A stretch of 64,000 nucleotides of DNA, taken from positions 2,924,099 through 2,988,098 of the forward strand of contig OZ253469.1 in NCBI GenBank assembly GCA_965261535.1, given 5' to 3'. The DNA is from Candidatus Azotimanducaceae bacterium. Its GTDB lineage: Bacteria; Pseudomonadota; Gammaproteobacteria; Pseudomonadales; Azotimanducaceae. The notes under the pieces are model-generated. The model ran no database searches. It saw only the letters and a list, made by a program, of their open reading frames with translations, and was not told where the DNA came from. The translations under genes and the position numbers were made by a program. Shown here piece by piece: positions 1 to 11,648 of this stretch (position 1 is the first letter of the stretch; every line of letters begins with the position of its first letter).

Positions 1-4
1 AAAG

Positions 5-880
5 ATGAAACTGGCGACATTCACGGACGGCGACGGTGCGCGAATCGGCGTCGTGGTCGGCGAACTCGTTATCGATCTCAGCGCCGCGGCACCCGAATTG
101 CCGACCGAAATGACCGCGTTTCTTGCTGCGGGAGACACGGCGATGGCGCGCGCGCGGGAAGTGCAGGAGGCCGCCGATCATGCCGTGCCGGTCGATGCCG
201 TCGAGTTTCTTGCCCCGGTGCCCCGCCCCGGCAAGATCCTGGCTATCGGGCTCAACTATGCCGACCACATCGCGGAGACGGGTTCACAAACGCCGACGAC
301 GCAGATCTGGTTCAACAAGCAGACCACGGCGACCAACGCACCCTATGCCGGTATCGCGAAACCTTCCGTATCCGATCACGTCGACTACGAAGGCGAACTC
401 GTCTTCGTGATCGGCAAACGTGCGAAGCATGTGCCGGCCGAACGCGCGAGCGAGGTGATCGCGGGATACTGTTGCGGCAACGATGTCAGCGTACGCGACT
501 GGCAGTCGGCCTCCAGGACCATGCAGATGGGCAAGTCGTTCGATACGCACGCGCCCTTCGGTCCATGGATCGTAACGCCCGACGACGTGGGAGACCCGCA
601 CACGCTCGGCTTGCGCACTTTCGTCAACGGCGAGAAGCGCCAGGACTCCAACACGCGGTTCCTGGTCTTCAACTGCTTCGAACAGATCGCGCACCTGACC
701 CAGGCGTTCACGCTGGAACCCGGCGACGTCATCTTCACGGGCACGTCGGCTGGGGTGGCCGCCGCCATGAACCCGTCGCCATGGCTCAAGGTGGGCGACG
801 TTGTCCGGATCGAAATCGACCGCATCGGCTACATCGAGAACACCGTGGTCGAAGAAGCGGCGAACACCGTGGTCGGCTAG
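5..880 (+). CDS. fumarylacetoacetate hydrolase (FAH) family protein
   Basis: 291-aa ORF with FAH-fold signatures (GLNYADHI, DYEGELVFVIGK, GDVIFTGT). TAG stop lies 2 nt before the next gene. Confidence 0.85.
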   Translation: MKLATFTDGDGARIGVVVGELVIDLSAAAPELPTEMTAFLAAGDTAMARAREVQEAADHAVPVDAVEFLAPVPRPGKILAIGLNYADHIAETGSQTPTTQIWFNKQTTATNAPYAGIAKPSVSDHVDYEGELVFVIGKRAKHVPAERASEVIAGYCCGNDVSVRDWQSASRTMQMGKSFDTHAPFGPWIVTPDDVGDPHTLGLRTFVNGEKRQDSNTRFLVFNCFEQIAHLTQAFTLEPGDVIFTGTSAGVAAAMNPSPWLKVGDVVRIEIDRIGYIENTVVEEAANTVVG

Positions 881-882
881 CC

Positions 883-2157
883 GTGACGCTGCTGCGCTTC
901 ATTCACGCCGCGGACCTGCACTTGGATAGCCCGTTCAAGGGCTTGCGGGCGGAGGCGCCGGAGTATGTCGCCGACGCGCTCTACAAGGCGACTTTCGAGG
1001 CCTATGACAACATCGTCGATCTTTGCGTCTCGCAGAAGGTGGACGCGCTGTTGGTGGCCGGGGATATCTACGACTCGGCGGACCGCAGTCTGCGCGCGCA
1101 ACGCAAATTCGTCGATGGCTTGGAAAAGCTCCACGCGTCCGGCATTCGTTCGTTCGTCTGCCACGGCAATCACGATCCCCTCGACGGCTGGGAGGCGCGG
1201 CTTGCGTATCCGCCGAGTTGCCATCGGTTTGCCGCCGCGTTCCAAGCGGCGCCGGTGTTCGAGTCCGACCCGGGCCGCGCCGTCGTTCATGGCATCAGCT
1301 ATCCGCGCCGCGCAGTGACCAATAACCTCGTGCGCCGACTGGGGAGCGTTGATCGGGGGCCGTTCTCCATCGGGCTATTGCACACCAATGCAATCAACGA
1401 TCGGGGGCACGCCCCCTACGCTCCCTGCTCGCTGGACGATCTGCGGCGCTGCGGCATCGACTATTGGGCGCTCGGCCATGTGCATACGCGCCAGGTGCTG
1501 CATGAGCAAGCGCCCACGGTGGTCTATCCGGGCAATCCCCAAGGCCGGCACGCGGGCGAGGCTGGCTCGCGTGGGGTATATCGGGTCGAAGTGGACGACG
1601 ACGGGCATGTCGATCTCCAATTCCGCGCCGTGGACAAAGTTCGCTGGGAGCGGCTGTCTGTGGACATCGGCGCTTTCGGCACGGAGCAGGAACTGATCGA
1701 CACCCTTCACGATGGCATGGAACGGGTCGCGGACACCGCCGACGGCCGGTCGGTGATCGTGCGCGCGACGCTTCAAGGGATGGGCGAAATCCATCGCTTC
1801 CTGCGTCGACCGAATGCGTCGACCGATCTGGTCGAGCAAATCAACGAAGCGGTCGCGGGGCGTTCGCCGTTCGTTTGGTTGGAGAGGATTGAGGATCGGA
1901 CGAGACTGCCGTTTGATCGAAAGGCGCGCTTGGCAGGCGTCGACTTTCTCGCCGAGGTGCTGCGTGCGGCGGATCAAGCCAAGGGTCAACCGGCCCGGCT
2001 GGAGCGCCTGCGGGACGGCCTCGTCGATCTCTATGAACACCGCGGGTTGCGCCGTCATCTAACGGCCCTGGACGATGCGGAACTCGCCGGATTTATCGAC
2101 GAGGCGGAAATGCTTGCCGTAACCTTGCTCGACGAGCTTGACGAGGACAAGGCGTGA
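883..2157 (+). CDS. metallophosphoesterase, SbcD/Mre11-like DNA repair exonuclease (YhaO-type)
   Basis: GTG at 883 is in frame with ORF 472..2157. N-terminus is LRFIHAADLHLDSPF, with GDIYD, GNHD and GHVH phosphoesterase motifs. Has a 4-nt GTGA overlap with the downstream ATPase gene. Confidence 0.8.
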   Translation: MTLLRFIHAADLHLDSPFKGLRAEAPEYVADALYKATFEAYDNIVDLCVSQKVDALLVAGDIYDSADRSLRAQRKFVDGLEKLHASGIRSFVCHGNHDPLDGWEARLAYPPSCHRFAAAFQAAPVFESDPGRAVVHGISYPRRAVTNNLVRRLGSVDRGPFSIGLLHTNAINDRGHAPYAPCSLDDLRRCGIDYWALGHVHTRQVLHEQAPTVVYPGNPQGRHAGEAGSRGVYRVEVDDDGHVDLQFRAVDKVRWERLSVDIGAFGTEQELIDTLHDGMERVADTADGRSVIVRATLQGMGEIHRFLRRPNASTDLVEQINEAVAGRSPFVWLERIEDRTRLPFDRKARLAGVDFLAEVLRAADQAKGQPARLERLRDGLVDLYEHRGLRRHLTALDDAELAGFIDEAEMLAVTLLDELDEDKA

Positions 2158-5100
2158 GGATTCGCAGCCTGCACGTGGCCGGGTTCGGGAAGTTCGCCGA
2201 CTTTCGCCGCGGTCCGTTCGAGCGGCCGGCGACCATCTTTCACGGCGCGAACGAGGCCGGCAAGAGCACGCTGTTGGCTTTCATTCGCCGGGTGCTATTG
2301 GGTTTTCCGGACGGCCGCAGTCGAAGAAATCCCTATCCGCCGCTCGCGGGCGGGCGCCACGGCGGGAACATCACCCTCGTCAGCGATGCCGGCGACGCCG
2401 TGACCGTGGAGCGCTATCAGGGTTCGCGCGGCGGTCCGGTCACGCTCACATCCGTCTCAGGCGAGCCCATCGCCGCGGCGGCGCTGCCGAAGTTGCTGGG
2501 AGGCCATTCCAGACACATATTCGAGAGTTTATTCGCCTTCACGCTCGACGAATTGCACGACGAAGCGCTGCTTAAGGACGAGAGTGTCAACAGCCAGCTA
2601 TACAGCGCGGGCATGGGCGCGGCGCGGCTGCCCCATGCCAGACGGACGCTGGACGAACGCAAACGCCGATTGTTCCTCAAAGGCGGCAGCAAGCACGCGC
2701 TGCATATCGCCGCCAATTCCCTTGACTCCGTGGCCGCCAAGCTGCGGGATGTGCGCGACAACGCGGCCACATACGGGCGACTGTCCGCCCGGCTGCGTGA
2801 TGTCGAATCGGAACTCGCGCGGCTGAACGACGACCGCAAGGCGCAGCGCGGCCGGCTCGACCGCGCCAACCAGCTAGGAAGCGCTTGGGACGACTGGATT
2901 GCGTTCAATTCCGCCTCAGCGGAGCTGGCCGAACTGCCGGCGCTGAAGGACTTTCCCGCCGATGGCGCGAGGCGGCTCGACGCGCTGGAAGAGGCTCTTA
3001 AGACCACGCAAAAAGAACGCGACGACGCACGTGACGAAACCCGCCAAGCGAGGGCGCTGGCCGAGGCGGCCATCGAGCATGAATCCTTGTTGGTTCGCGA
3101 GGACGTGATTCGCGATTTGGAGCGGCGGCGGACTGCATTTGATAACGCGGTTGCCGACCTTCCGAAGCGCCAAGCGGATCTTGCGCAGTGCGACGGTCGG
3201 CTCGCCGCGACCCTGAAGGATGTCGGATCGGATTGGGATGCTGATCGCTTGGAGGCGTTCGATCTCTCTTTGGCCGTCCGCGAAGACATCGCCGGCCATC
3301 AGGAAAGCCTGCGCGAGGGTGACGCCAATGTGCGTCGCCGCGAATCTAATCTGGAACAGGCGCAAGCGGCGCTCACAGAGGCGAACGAGGCGGTGGCCGA
3401 GGCCGAACAGAACCTCAACTCTGCCGAGCAACCCGCATTCGATGAACAGGAAATCAACCAGCGAAGGACGCTCCTGCGCGAGGCGCGGGCCACGCTTGCC
3501 GAAGAGAACGCTACCCGCCAGCGAATTTCGGATTTGCAGCTTCAACTGAACGCCGTCGCGGGCGGTCCGACCCCGACGGGCGCGAAGCGCGGAGGATGGT
3601 TGCCGGCGGTGATCGGAGTGGCAGGTATTGCCGCCGCTGGCGCTGGCATGGTTTACGGGGTCGAGCTGATGCTTGTCGGCGGCGCACTGCTTGGTTATGC
3701 CGCATATCGCTTCGCCCTCGGCAAGGTTGCCGCCGATCCGAGCGCATCGGCGCAGGCGAATGCAATAGGGGATTTGTTGCGCCAGGCCAAGACGGACGCG
3801 GTGAAGCTCGAATCGTTGCTGTTAGAGGCTGCCTCGACGCTCGGTGTAGAGGCGATTGACGATACCGCGTTGCGCGCCGCCGAGACCGCCCTGGACGAAG
3901 CGCAGGCGCGGGTGCAGGAAATCAAGCGCCGGGCCGCAGATCTCGAACGCGAGCAGGCCTCGGCGCAACGGCGTGACATAAACTTGCAGAGGGCCAAGGA
4001 GGCAGTCGCGGCGGCGTGCGCGGAACGTGATCGCGCAAGGAATGATTGGGCGGACTGGCTGCGGGCGCGCGGCCTGCGGGAAACGCTGTTGCCGGAGACG
4101 GTGGGCGAGCTCAGGAGCGATGTTGATCTCGGGCTCAATCAGCTCGGCGAACAGCGCGACTTGCAGGGCCGGGTCAAGGCGATTCAGACAAGCATCGACC
4201 AGTACGTCGCCCTCGCCGAAGCATTGGCATCGGATTTCGGCGTCGCCTTAAACCGGAACGATTACGGGTCGGTCGCCGCTGCCGCCGACAAACTGGTGGA
4301 TCTCCATAGAGATGTCGCCTCGCAGGCGGAGAAACGGCGCGGCGCGGCGGACAACCTCAAGCAGGCAGAGGCGCGGCTGGAACGGCGCGAGAAGGATCGC
4401 GAGGCGGCGGAGCGGGCCATTGCGGGGCTGCTCAAGGCCGGCGGCGCCGAAGATGCCGAGGTGTTTCGGCTGCGGGCGGAACAGCAGGAGAAACGCGGCG
4501 CGCTAGATGATCAGCGGCGCAGCGCGCTTGGACGATTGCAGCGTCTGAGCGGGGCGGGAGAACCACTCGAATCGCTCATGGCGGAACTCAAGGGCACCGA
4601 CATTCAGCACATCCGCGGGCGCGTGGAAGAACTGCAAGAACAGAGCGACGCCACCGCCGGAAAGATCGAGGAGCTGTCAACCGAGCGCGGCGAGATTCGC
4701 TCCGAGCTGGATCGTCTGATCGGAGAGGAGGAATCATCAAGGCTGCGACTTGAGCGCAACCGGCTGCTGGAGCAGATGGACGGCCACGCGCGGGACTGGG
4801 CGGTGCTTGCCGTCGCGGAGAATCTACTCGCCGAGGCGCAGGCGAAGTTCGAGCGGGAGCGTCAGCCGGAAGTGCTATCCAGCGCGGGCGATTACTTCCG
4901 CGGAATGACCCGTGGACGTTACACCAACGTGTTCTCCCCGCTCGGAGAGTCGGAGCTGCGGGTGACGGACGGCGACGGCCAGTCGCTCCGACCCGATCAA
5001 TTGAGCCGCGGCACCCGCGAGCAATTGTTCCTGTCGCTGCGGTTCGGGCTCATCCGCGAATTGGGCCAGCATTCGGAGCGCCTGCCCGTCATCGTCGACG

Positions 5101-5276
5101 AGGCGCTAGTGAACTTCGACCCGGATCGTGGCCTCAAGGCGGCGCACGCGTTCCTCGAACTGGCGGAACAGAATCAGGTTCTGGTTTTCACCTGTCACCC
5201 GCAGATCGTGGACTGGTTCGCGACGGCAGCGGATGATCGCGGTTCGGCGCCGCCGGAAATGGTCTCATTTGGATAG
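2154..5276 (+). CDS. AAA/SMC-like ATPase, SbcC/YhaN-type
   Basis: 1040-aa ORF with Walker A GANEAGKST and long Glu/Arg/Ala-rich coiled-coil stretches. Has a central hydrophobic segment (LPAVIGVAGIAAAGAGMVYGVELMLVGGALLGYAAY). C-terminal LSRGTREQLFLSLRF signature and PVIVDEALVNFD Walker B. Translationally coupled to the phosphoesterase. Confidence 0.8.
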   Translation: MRIRSLHVAGFGKFADFRRGPFERPATIFHGANEAGKSTLLAFIRRVLLGFPDGRSRRNPYPPLAGGRHGGNITLVSDAGDAVTVERYQGSRGGPVTLTSVSGEPIAAAALPKLLGGHSRHIFESLFAFTLDELHDEALLKDESVNSQLYSAGMGAARLPHARRTLDERKRRLFLKGGSKHALHIAANSLDSVAAKLRDVRDNAATYGRLSARLRDVESELARLNDDRKAQRGRLDRANQLGSAWDDWIAFNSASAELAELPALKDFPADGARRLDALEEALKTTQKERDDARDETRQARALAEAAIEHESLLVREDVIRDLERRRTAFDNAVADLPKRQADLAQCDGRLAATLKDVGSDWDADRLEAFDLSLAVREDIAGHQESLREGDANVRRRESNLEQAQAALTEANEAVAEAEQNLNSAEQPAFDEQEINQRRTLLREARATLAEENATRQRISDLQLQLNAVAGGPTPTGAKRGGWLPAVIGVAGIAAAGAGMVYGVELMLVGGALLGYAAYRFALGKVAADPSASAQANAIGDLLRQAKTDAVKLESLLLEAASTLGVEAIDDTALRAAETALDEAQARVQEIKRRAADLEREQASAQRRDINLQRAKEAVAAACAERDRARNDWADWLRARGLRETLLPETVGELRSDVDLGLNQLGEQRDLQGRVKAIQTSIDQYVALAEALASDFGVALNRNDYGSVAAAADKLVDLHRDVASQAEKRRGAADNLKQAEARLERREKDREAAERAIAGLLKAGGAEDAEVFRLRAEQQEKRGALDDQRRSALGRLQRLSGAGEPLESLMAELKGTDIQHIRGRVEELQEQSDATAGKIEELSTERGEIRSELDRLIGEEESSRLRLERNRLLEQMDGHARDWAVLAVAENLLAEAQAKFERERQPEVLSSAGDYFRGMTRGRYTNVFSPLGESELRVTDGDGQSLRPDQLSRGTREQLFLSLRFGLIRELGQHSERLPVIVDEALVNFDPDRGLKAAHAFLELAEQNQVLVFTCHPQIVDWFATAADDRGSAPPEMVSFG

Positions 5277-5327
5277 CGTACGCGTCTCGGCGCCCCGCGC
5301 AAATTTGGGCGCCAAGACCCAGAGCTG

Positions 5328-6110
5328 TCAGACGACGGGCGAAACGCCGCCGTCGACGTTTACCGACGCGCCCGTTACGTAGCTCGCGCGTTCGGAACAG
5401 AGGAAGGCGATCACGTCTCCGGCTTCGGACGCCTCGCCCACGCGCCCCATCGGCACGCGGGCACCCGCATTGCTGTAGTGATCTTCCAGCGTGTAGTCGG
5501 GCTTCTGCATGGTCTCCCATCGGCGATAGTGCTGGCGGCTCTTCAGCGTGCCCACGCACACCGTGTTGACGCGGACGCCGTCTTCCGCGAACTCCTTCGA
5601 CCAGGCCTTGGTGAGGGAGATGCCGGACGCGCGGGAGAGGGCTGTGGGCTGGCTGCCGGCACCCGGCGCCTTGCCGCCTGGTGTCGTCGTGTTGCAGATC
5701 GCGCCGCCGTTGCGCTTCAGGTAGGGCAGTGCGTGGCGGGTGCAATAGATCGCGCCCATGACCTTGAGCGTGAAGTCCTCCATGACCTGTTCATTGGTCA
5801 TATCGGCGAACCGCGCGCCGGACGATGTGCCGGCATTATTGACCAGGATGTCGATTCTGCCCCAGCGGGCGGCGACGGCTTCCACCATGGCGCGCACGGA
5901 TGCCTCGTCGCGCACGTCGGTGGCGATGCCCGCCACCGCTTGCCCCGTGGCGACGCTGATTTCCGTCGCAACACGATCCAGATCGGACTGGGTGCGCGCC
6001 ACGATCGCAACCTTCGCGCCCTCCGCCGACAGCCGCTCGGCGGCAGCGCGCCCGATGCCATGAGTGCCGCCGGTGACGATGGCCACCATGCCCGTTATTT
6101 CGAGGTCCAT
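5328..6110 (-). CDS. short-chain dehydrogenase/reductase (SDR)
   Basis: Start chosen at MDLEITG, with GGAG upstream. Contains the TGGTHGIGRA dinucleotide motif and NNAG. Confidence 0.85.
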   Translation of the reverse strand: MDLEITGMVAIVTGGTHGIGRAAAERLSAEGAKVAIVARTQSDLDRVATEISVATGQAVAGIATDVRDEASVRAMVEAVAARWGRIDILVNNAGTSSGARFADMTNEQVMEDFTLKVMGAIYCTRHALPYLKRNGGAICNTTTPGGKAPGAGSQPTALSRASGISLTKAWSKEFAEDGVRVNTVCVGTLKSRQHYRRWETMQKPDYTLEDHYSNAGARVPMGRVGEASEAGDVIAFLCSERASYVTGASVNVDGGVSPVV

Positions 6111-6132
6111 GTCTGCTCCATTGGCCAAGTAA

Positions 6133-7335
<1,203 letters not shown>

Positions 7336-7345
7336 GGGAGGCCCC

Positions 7346-8347
7346 ATGATTCGAGACGACTGGCTGGACCAGGTTGAGGAAGAGATTCTCGAACCCGACC
7401 TGCCGATCTGCGACCCGCACCATCACCTTTGGGACCACCCGGAGAGCCGCTACCTGCTGGACGAACTGCTCGCGGATACGGGCAGCGGCCACAACGTCGT
7501 GTCGACCGTCTTCATGGAGTGCTCGTCGATGTACCGGGCGGCCGGGCCCGAGGCGATGCGGCCGGTCGGCGAGACCGAGTTCGTCAACGGCATCGCCGCC
7601 ATGAGCGCGAGCGGCGGGTACGGCGAGGGTCGAATGTGCGCGTCGATCGTGAGTTTCGCGGATCTGACGCTGGGCGCGGCTGTCGGCGACGTGCTCGATG
7701 CGCACCTGGCCGCCAGCCCGCGGTTTCGCGGTATCCGCCACGCCTCCTCCTGGGACGCGGATGCCTCGATTCGCAACGCGCATACGAATCCGAAGGAAGG
7801 CCTGCTCGAAGATTCCGAGTTTCGCGAGGGGCTCAAGGAACTCGGCAAGCGCGGCCTCACCTTCGATGCCTGGCTCTACCATCCGAACATCCCCGAACTG
7901 ACGGCATTGGCGAGAGCGTTCCCGGAACAACCCATCGTGCTCGACCACTTCGGTGGACCTCTCGGTATCGGTCCATACATCGGCAAGCGCCGCGAAATTT
8001 ACGAAACCTGGAAGGGCGATGTCGCGGAGTTGGCCGAGTGCGAAAACGTCGTCGCGAAGCTCGGCGGTCTGGTGATGCCCCTCAACGGATTCGGCTTTCA
8101 CAAGCGCGCCGCCCCGCCGTCGTCAGACGAGGTGGTGTCGGCTACCCGTGACTACTACCGGCACATGATCGATTGTTTCGGACCTCGGCGCTGCATGTTC
8201 GAAAGCAACTTTCCCGTGGACAAGCAGAGCTGCTCGTACCAGGTGTTGTGGAACGCGTTCAAGAAGATCGCGAGCGGCTTCTCGCCGGCAGACAAGGCCG
8301 CCTTGTTCCACGATACGGCGACCCGCGTCTACCGCGTCGAAACATAG
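7346..8347 (+). CDS. amidohydrolase-2 family metal-dependent hydrolase
   Basis: 333 aa with N-terminal ICDPHHHLWD metal-binding motif and TIM-barrel amidohydrolase-like layout. Confidence 0.7.
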   Translation: MIRDDWLDQVEEEILEPDLPICDPHHHLWDHPESRYLLDELLADTGSGHNVVSTVFMECSSMYRAAGPEAMRPVGETEFVNGIAAMSASGGYGEGRMCASIVSFADLTLGAAVGDVLDAHLAASPRFRGIRHASSWDADASIRNAHTNPKEGLLEDSEFREGLKELGKRGLTFDAWLYHPNIPELTALARAFPEQPIVLDHFGGPLGIGPYIGKRREIYETWKGDVAELAECENVVAKLGGLVMPLNGFGFHKRAAPPSSDEVVSATRDYYRHMIDCFGPRRCMFESNFPVDKQSCSYQVLWNAFKKIASGFSPADKAALFHDTATRVYRVET

Positions 8348-8385
8348 GGTGGCCGGGCGCCGGTAATGCGGGAGCGGGACATCCC

Positions 8386-9033
8386 ATGATCATAGAGAAC
8401 AGCGACGTGCCAAGCCTGACCGTCAAGGAATTGGGCAGGGCGAACTACATCGCATCCCAATTGTTTCACCACGGAACGGGAACTATCCCGAAACATGATT
8501 TGGCGTCGTACCTGTTGATTGCCCGCGCGGTATTCGAGGCGGCCATGAGTGCCGCGGAGCAGAGCACGGACGCCGAAGACCGCGCGGGCTACTCAAAGGT
8601 CGCCTACATGACGGCATACAACATTGCCGCCAATTGCTGGCCGGGCTGGAGTGAAGAGGGCGCTGCTGTCACCAACGAGCAGCGTGAGTTGGGTGCCGGC
8701 TTCGCGAGGGCACATCTGCAGATCGTCTCCAGGCTGGATGTGTCGGCTGAGGCCGACGCCTACTGGATCAACGCTGTACACGAACTCGCCGCTGGTGATC
8801 ATGAAGCCGCAAAGCGCATGTTTTCCACTTGCGCCGATCGGGCGGCGAGCGCCGGGGCCAGGGATGTCGAGGAAATGGCTCGCGGCTGGATCGCGCTGGT
8901 GGAAGTGCTGCAGGGGGTCGAAGGCGCGGAGGATGCACTGGAAGCCAGCAGGAGACGCCGGATTGAAATGGGCGGTGACGGTCCGTTTTACGCAGAACAG
9001 TACGGTCCGGCCCTGGCCGTGTTCGGATCCTGA
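8386..9033 (+). CDS. hypothetical protein
   Basis: ATG at 8386 is in frame within ORF 8173..9033. Helical Ala/Glu-rich product with no family recognised. Confidence 0.5.
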   Translation: MIIENSDVPSLTVKELGRANYIASQLFHHGTGTIPKHDLASYLLIARAVFEAAMSAAEQSTDAEDRAGYSKVAYMTAYNIAANCWPGWSEEGAAVTNEQRELGAGFARAHLQIVSRLDVSAEADAYWINAVHELAAGDHEAAKRMFSTCADRAASAGARDVEEMARGWIALVEVLQGVEGAEDALEASRRRRIEMGGDGPFYAEQYGPALAVFGS

Positions 9034-9153
9034 GCGCGCTTGGCGCTTCGTGACCTGGGCCAAGGCGGTTTAGCAAAGCCTTTGGCGAGCCTTTCGCCTT
9101 CCGAGGGTCGATCTGCTTCAATATGCACGCGAGTGCCTGACACGGGAAGAGAC

Positions 9154-10083
9154 ATGGAACATCGAAGACTGGGTAACAGCGGCTTGCAGGTTTCCGAGGT
9201 GGGCCTCGGCTGCAACAACTTTGGCCAGCGCCTCGATGAAGCGGGAACCCGCGCCGTGGTGGACGCCGCCATCGATGTCGGTATCGACTTCTTCGATACC
9301 GCCGACATGTACGGCTCCCAGCGCTCCGAGGTATATCTGGGCCGGGCCCTCCGCGGCCGGCGGGACGACGTGATCGTTGCGACCAAGTGCGGTTATCCGA
9401 TGGGCCCCGGACCACACAATCGCGGCGCTTCCCGGCGCTACGTCACTTCAGCGGTAGAAGCGAGCCTGCGCCGCCTGGACATGGACTACATTGATCTCTA
9501 CCAGATCCACCTTCCGGATCCGCTGACGCCCATCGATGAGACCCTGCGTGCGCTGGATGATTGCATCAGGCAGGGCAAGATCCGCTACGTCGGTTGCTCC
9601 AACTTTGCCGGTTGGCAGATTGCCGACGCCCATTGGACCGCGTTGCGGGACCATCTCAACCCGTTCGTCACCGCCCAGAACCACATGAGCCTGCTGGAGC
9701 GCGGAGTGCTGCGGGAGGTCATTCCCGCCTGCGACCGGTTCGGACTCGGCATGCTTCCGTTTTTTCCGCTCGCGAGCGGTTTGCTGACCGGCAAGTACCA
9801 GCGCGGCGTGCCGGCCCCGGAGGGCACGCGACTTGCCGGGGCGAGGGCTGCCCGCGCGTTGAGCGAGGACAACTTTGACCGCGTAGAGAAACTCGATGCC
9901 TTTGCGCGCGCGCGCGCCCGTTCGTTGCTTGAGTTGGCGTTCGGCTGGTTGTTGTCGTTCCCGGTGGTGTCGTCGGTGATCGCGGGCGCGACCCGGCCCG
10001 AGCAGGCGCGAGCCAACGTGGAAGCGTCGACGATGCGTCTGGACGCCGACGAGATGAAGGAAGTCGACGAGCTACTTCGCTGA
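9154..10083 (+). CDS. aldo/keto reductase
   Basis: Start at MEHRRLGNSGLQVSEVGLGCNNFG. Contains FFDTADMYG and further AKR motifs. Confidence 0.85.
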   Translation: MEHRRLGNSGLQVSEVGLGCNNFGQRLDEAGTRAVVDAAIDVGIDFFDTADMYGSQRSEVYLGRALRGRRDDVIVATKCGYPMGPGPHNRGASRRYVTSAVEASLRRLDMDYIDLYQIHLPDPLTPIDETLRALDDCIRQGKIRYVGCSNFAGWQIADAHWTALRDHLNPFVTAQNHMSLLERGVLREVIPACDRFGLGMLPFFPLASGLLTGKYQRGVPAPEGTRLAGARAARALSEDNFDRVEKLDAFARARARSLLELAFGWLLSFPVVSSVIAGATRPEQARANVEASTMRLDADEMKEVDELLR

Positions 10084-10139
10084 TAGGTACTACGTAGACG
10101 GAGTCAACTCCGGCGAGCCGCCGGCGCGGGTATCCCCGG

Positions 10140-10877
10140 CTACGCGGGCGAGCCCCCATCGTTCCGACGCAACCTCAGGTCTTGGTAGGTTGCGTATATC
10201 AGGCAAGAGCCCAATGGAACGATGAACGCCGTAAATACCGCATAGGTGAGCATCCAGGCGGCGTTCCCAACCCAGCCTGTCTCGAACGAGAGGGCCGATG
10301 TCATGATCGTGCTCATGACAAGGCTTGGCACGAGCAAAATCGCCGTCACGATCACCAGCACGGCCAGCGTCCGCCACCAGTATCCTCTGACCAGGACGAA
10401 ACTCTCACGCAGGCTGTCGACAGGCCCCATCTCTTCGGCGATTGGCAACAGCACGCTGGCAAACAGCGCGACCGTCAGGAAGATTCCTGGAACGATCAGC
10501 AGCAGCGCGCCGACGGCGATGGCGATGGCATACATCAGATAGACGGCCGCCATCACCAACAGCCGGTGCGCGGCGATGTCGAGGGAAGCGCGGGTGTCGC
10601 CTGGATCGCCCGAGGCAATGTCATGAGCGCGTGCGATGACTACGCCATACATGTAGACGCTCGCAGCGAATGAGACAAGCAAGTTAAGCCAGTCGACCAC
10701 GCCGAAGTCGACATACGCCACGACATCCGGGCCAGCCTCAAGACCCATCAGCCCCATGATCAACGCGAGCACGAATACCGGGGCGTAGACCGAAGCGATG
10801 CTCGCCTTAAAAAGGCTGAACCCATCGGCAAGCACTTCGCTGACGCTTGAGGGTTGAGTTGGTCGTACGTACGTCAT
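10140..10877 (-). CDS. multi-pass membrane protein (YciC/UPF0259-like), paralog 1
   Basis: Start at MTYVRPTQP. Has several hydrophobic helices and an LLIVPGIFL motif. Its start overlaps the stop of the upstream paralog. Confidence 0.6.
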   Translation of the reverse strand: MTYVRPTQPSSVSEVLADGFSLFKASIASVYAPVFVLALIMGLMGLEAGPDVVAYVDFGVVDWLNLLVSFAASVYMYGVVIARAHDIASGDPGDTRASLDIAAHRLLVMAAVYLMYAIAIAVGALLLIVPGIFLTVALFASVLLPIAEEMGPVDSLRESFVLVRGYWWRTLAVLVIVTAILLVPSLVMSTIMTSALSFETGWVGNAAWMLTYAVFTAFIVPLGSCLIYATYQDLRLRRNDGGSPA

Positions 10878-11608
10878 GGTGTCATTTTCGTTTGGCGCAA
10901 CCGCAGGTCTTGATACATCGCGTACGTGAGGCAGAAGCACAACGGCAGGATGATCGCCTCGAGCGCCGAATACGTTAGCGCCGAGACGGCATTTTTTGCG
11001 AGGTCGCCCTCGAACCGGTTCGCTTGGAACAGAGCGATCTCTTCACTGGCCATGCCCATCAGGTACCCGATGGCCAACGTGATCGCGACAATCGCGAAAG
11101 CTCGCCACCAATATCCTTTGACCAGGTTAAAACTCCCACCCAGGCTTTCGATCGGTCCCTTTCCTTCGGTGATAGGCAAAATAGGACTGAAACACAGGGC
11201 GATAAGCAGGAAGATACCGGGAATGATCAGCAGCAGCGCCCCGATAGAGACGGCAAGCATGTTCAAGAGATTGACAGCCAATATCGTCGGGAACCGATGC
11301 GTCGCGATACTCAGCGGTGAGCGAGCGCCTCGCGGAGAACTGGACGCAATGTAATGAACGATGGCCGCGATGACTCCCCACATGTAGAAGCCTGCAACCA
11401 AAGAGGCAACAAAGCGAAGCCAATAGTACGCGCCGACATCGAGATCACCTCCGTCATCCGAGAACGGAATCGGACCTATCATCCCAACTATCAGCGCGAG
11501 CAAGAACGCGGGCACGTAGAGCGACCTGATGCTCGCTCGAAAAAGATTGAAACCATCGACAAGAACGCCGTCGATGCTTAATGGCTGGGTCGGTCGTTCG
11601 TATGTCAC
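10874..11608 (-). CDS. multi-pass membrane protein (YciC/UPF0259-like), paralog 2
   Basis: GTG start at 11608 gives VTYERPTQP, parallel to the paralog 1 N-terminus. Same helix layout and LLIIPGIFL motif. Confidence 0.6.
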   Translation of the reverse strand: MTYERPTQPLSIDGVLVDGFNLFRASIRSLYVPAFLLALIVGMIGPIPFSDDGGDLDVGAYYWLRFVASLVAGFYMWGVIAAIVHYIASSSPRGARSPLSIATHRFPTILAVNLLNMLAVSIGALLLIIPGIFLLIALCFSPILPITEGKGPIESLGGSFNLVKGYWWRAFAIVAITLAIGYLMGMASEEIALFQANRFEGDLAKNAVSALTYSALEAIILPLCFCLTYAMYQDLRLRQTKMTP

Positions 11609-11648
11609 GATGACGGTTTCCTTAGCGGTCCGGCGAACATGAACCGAC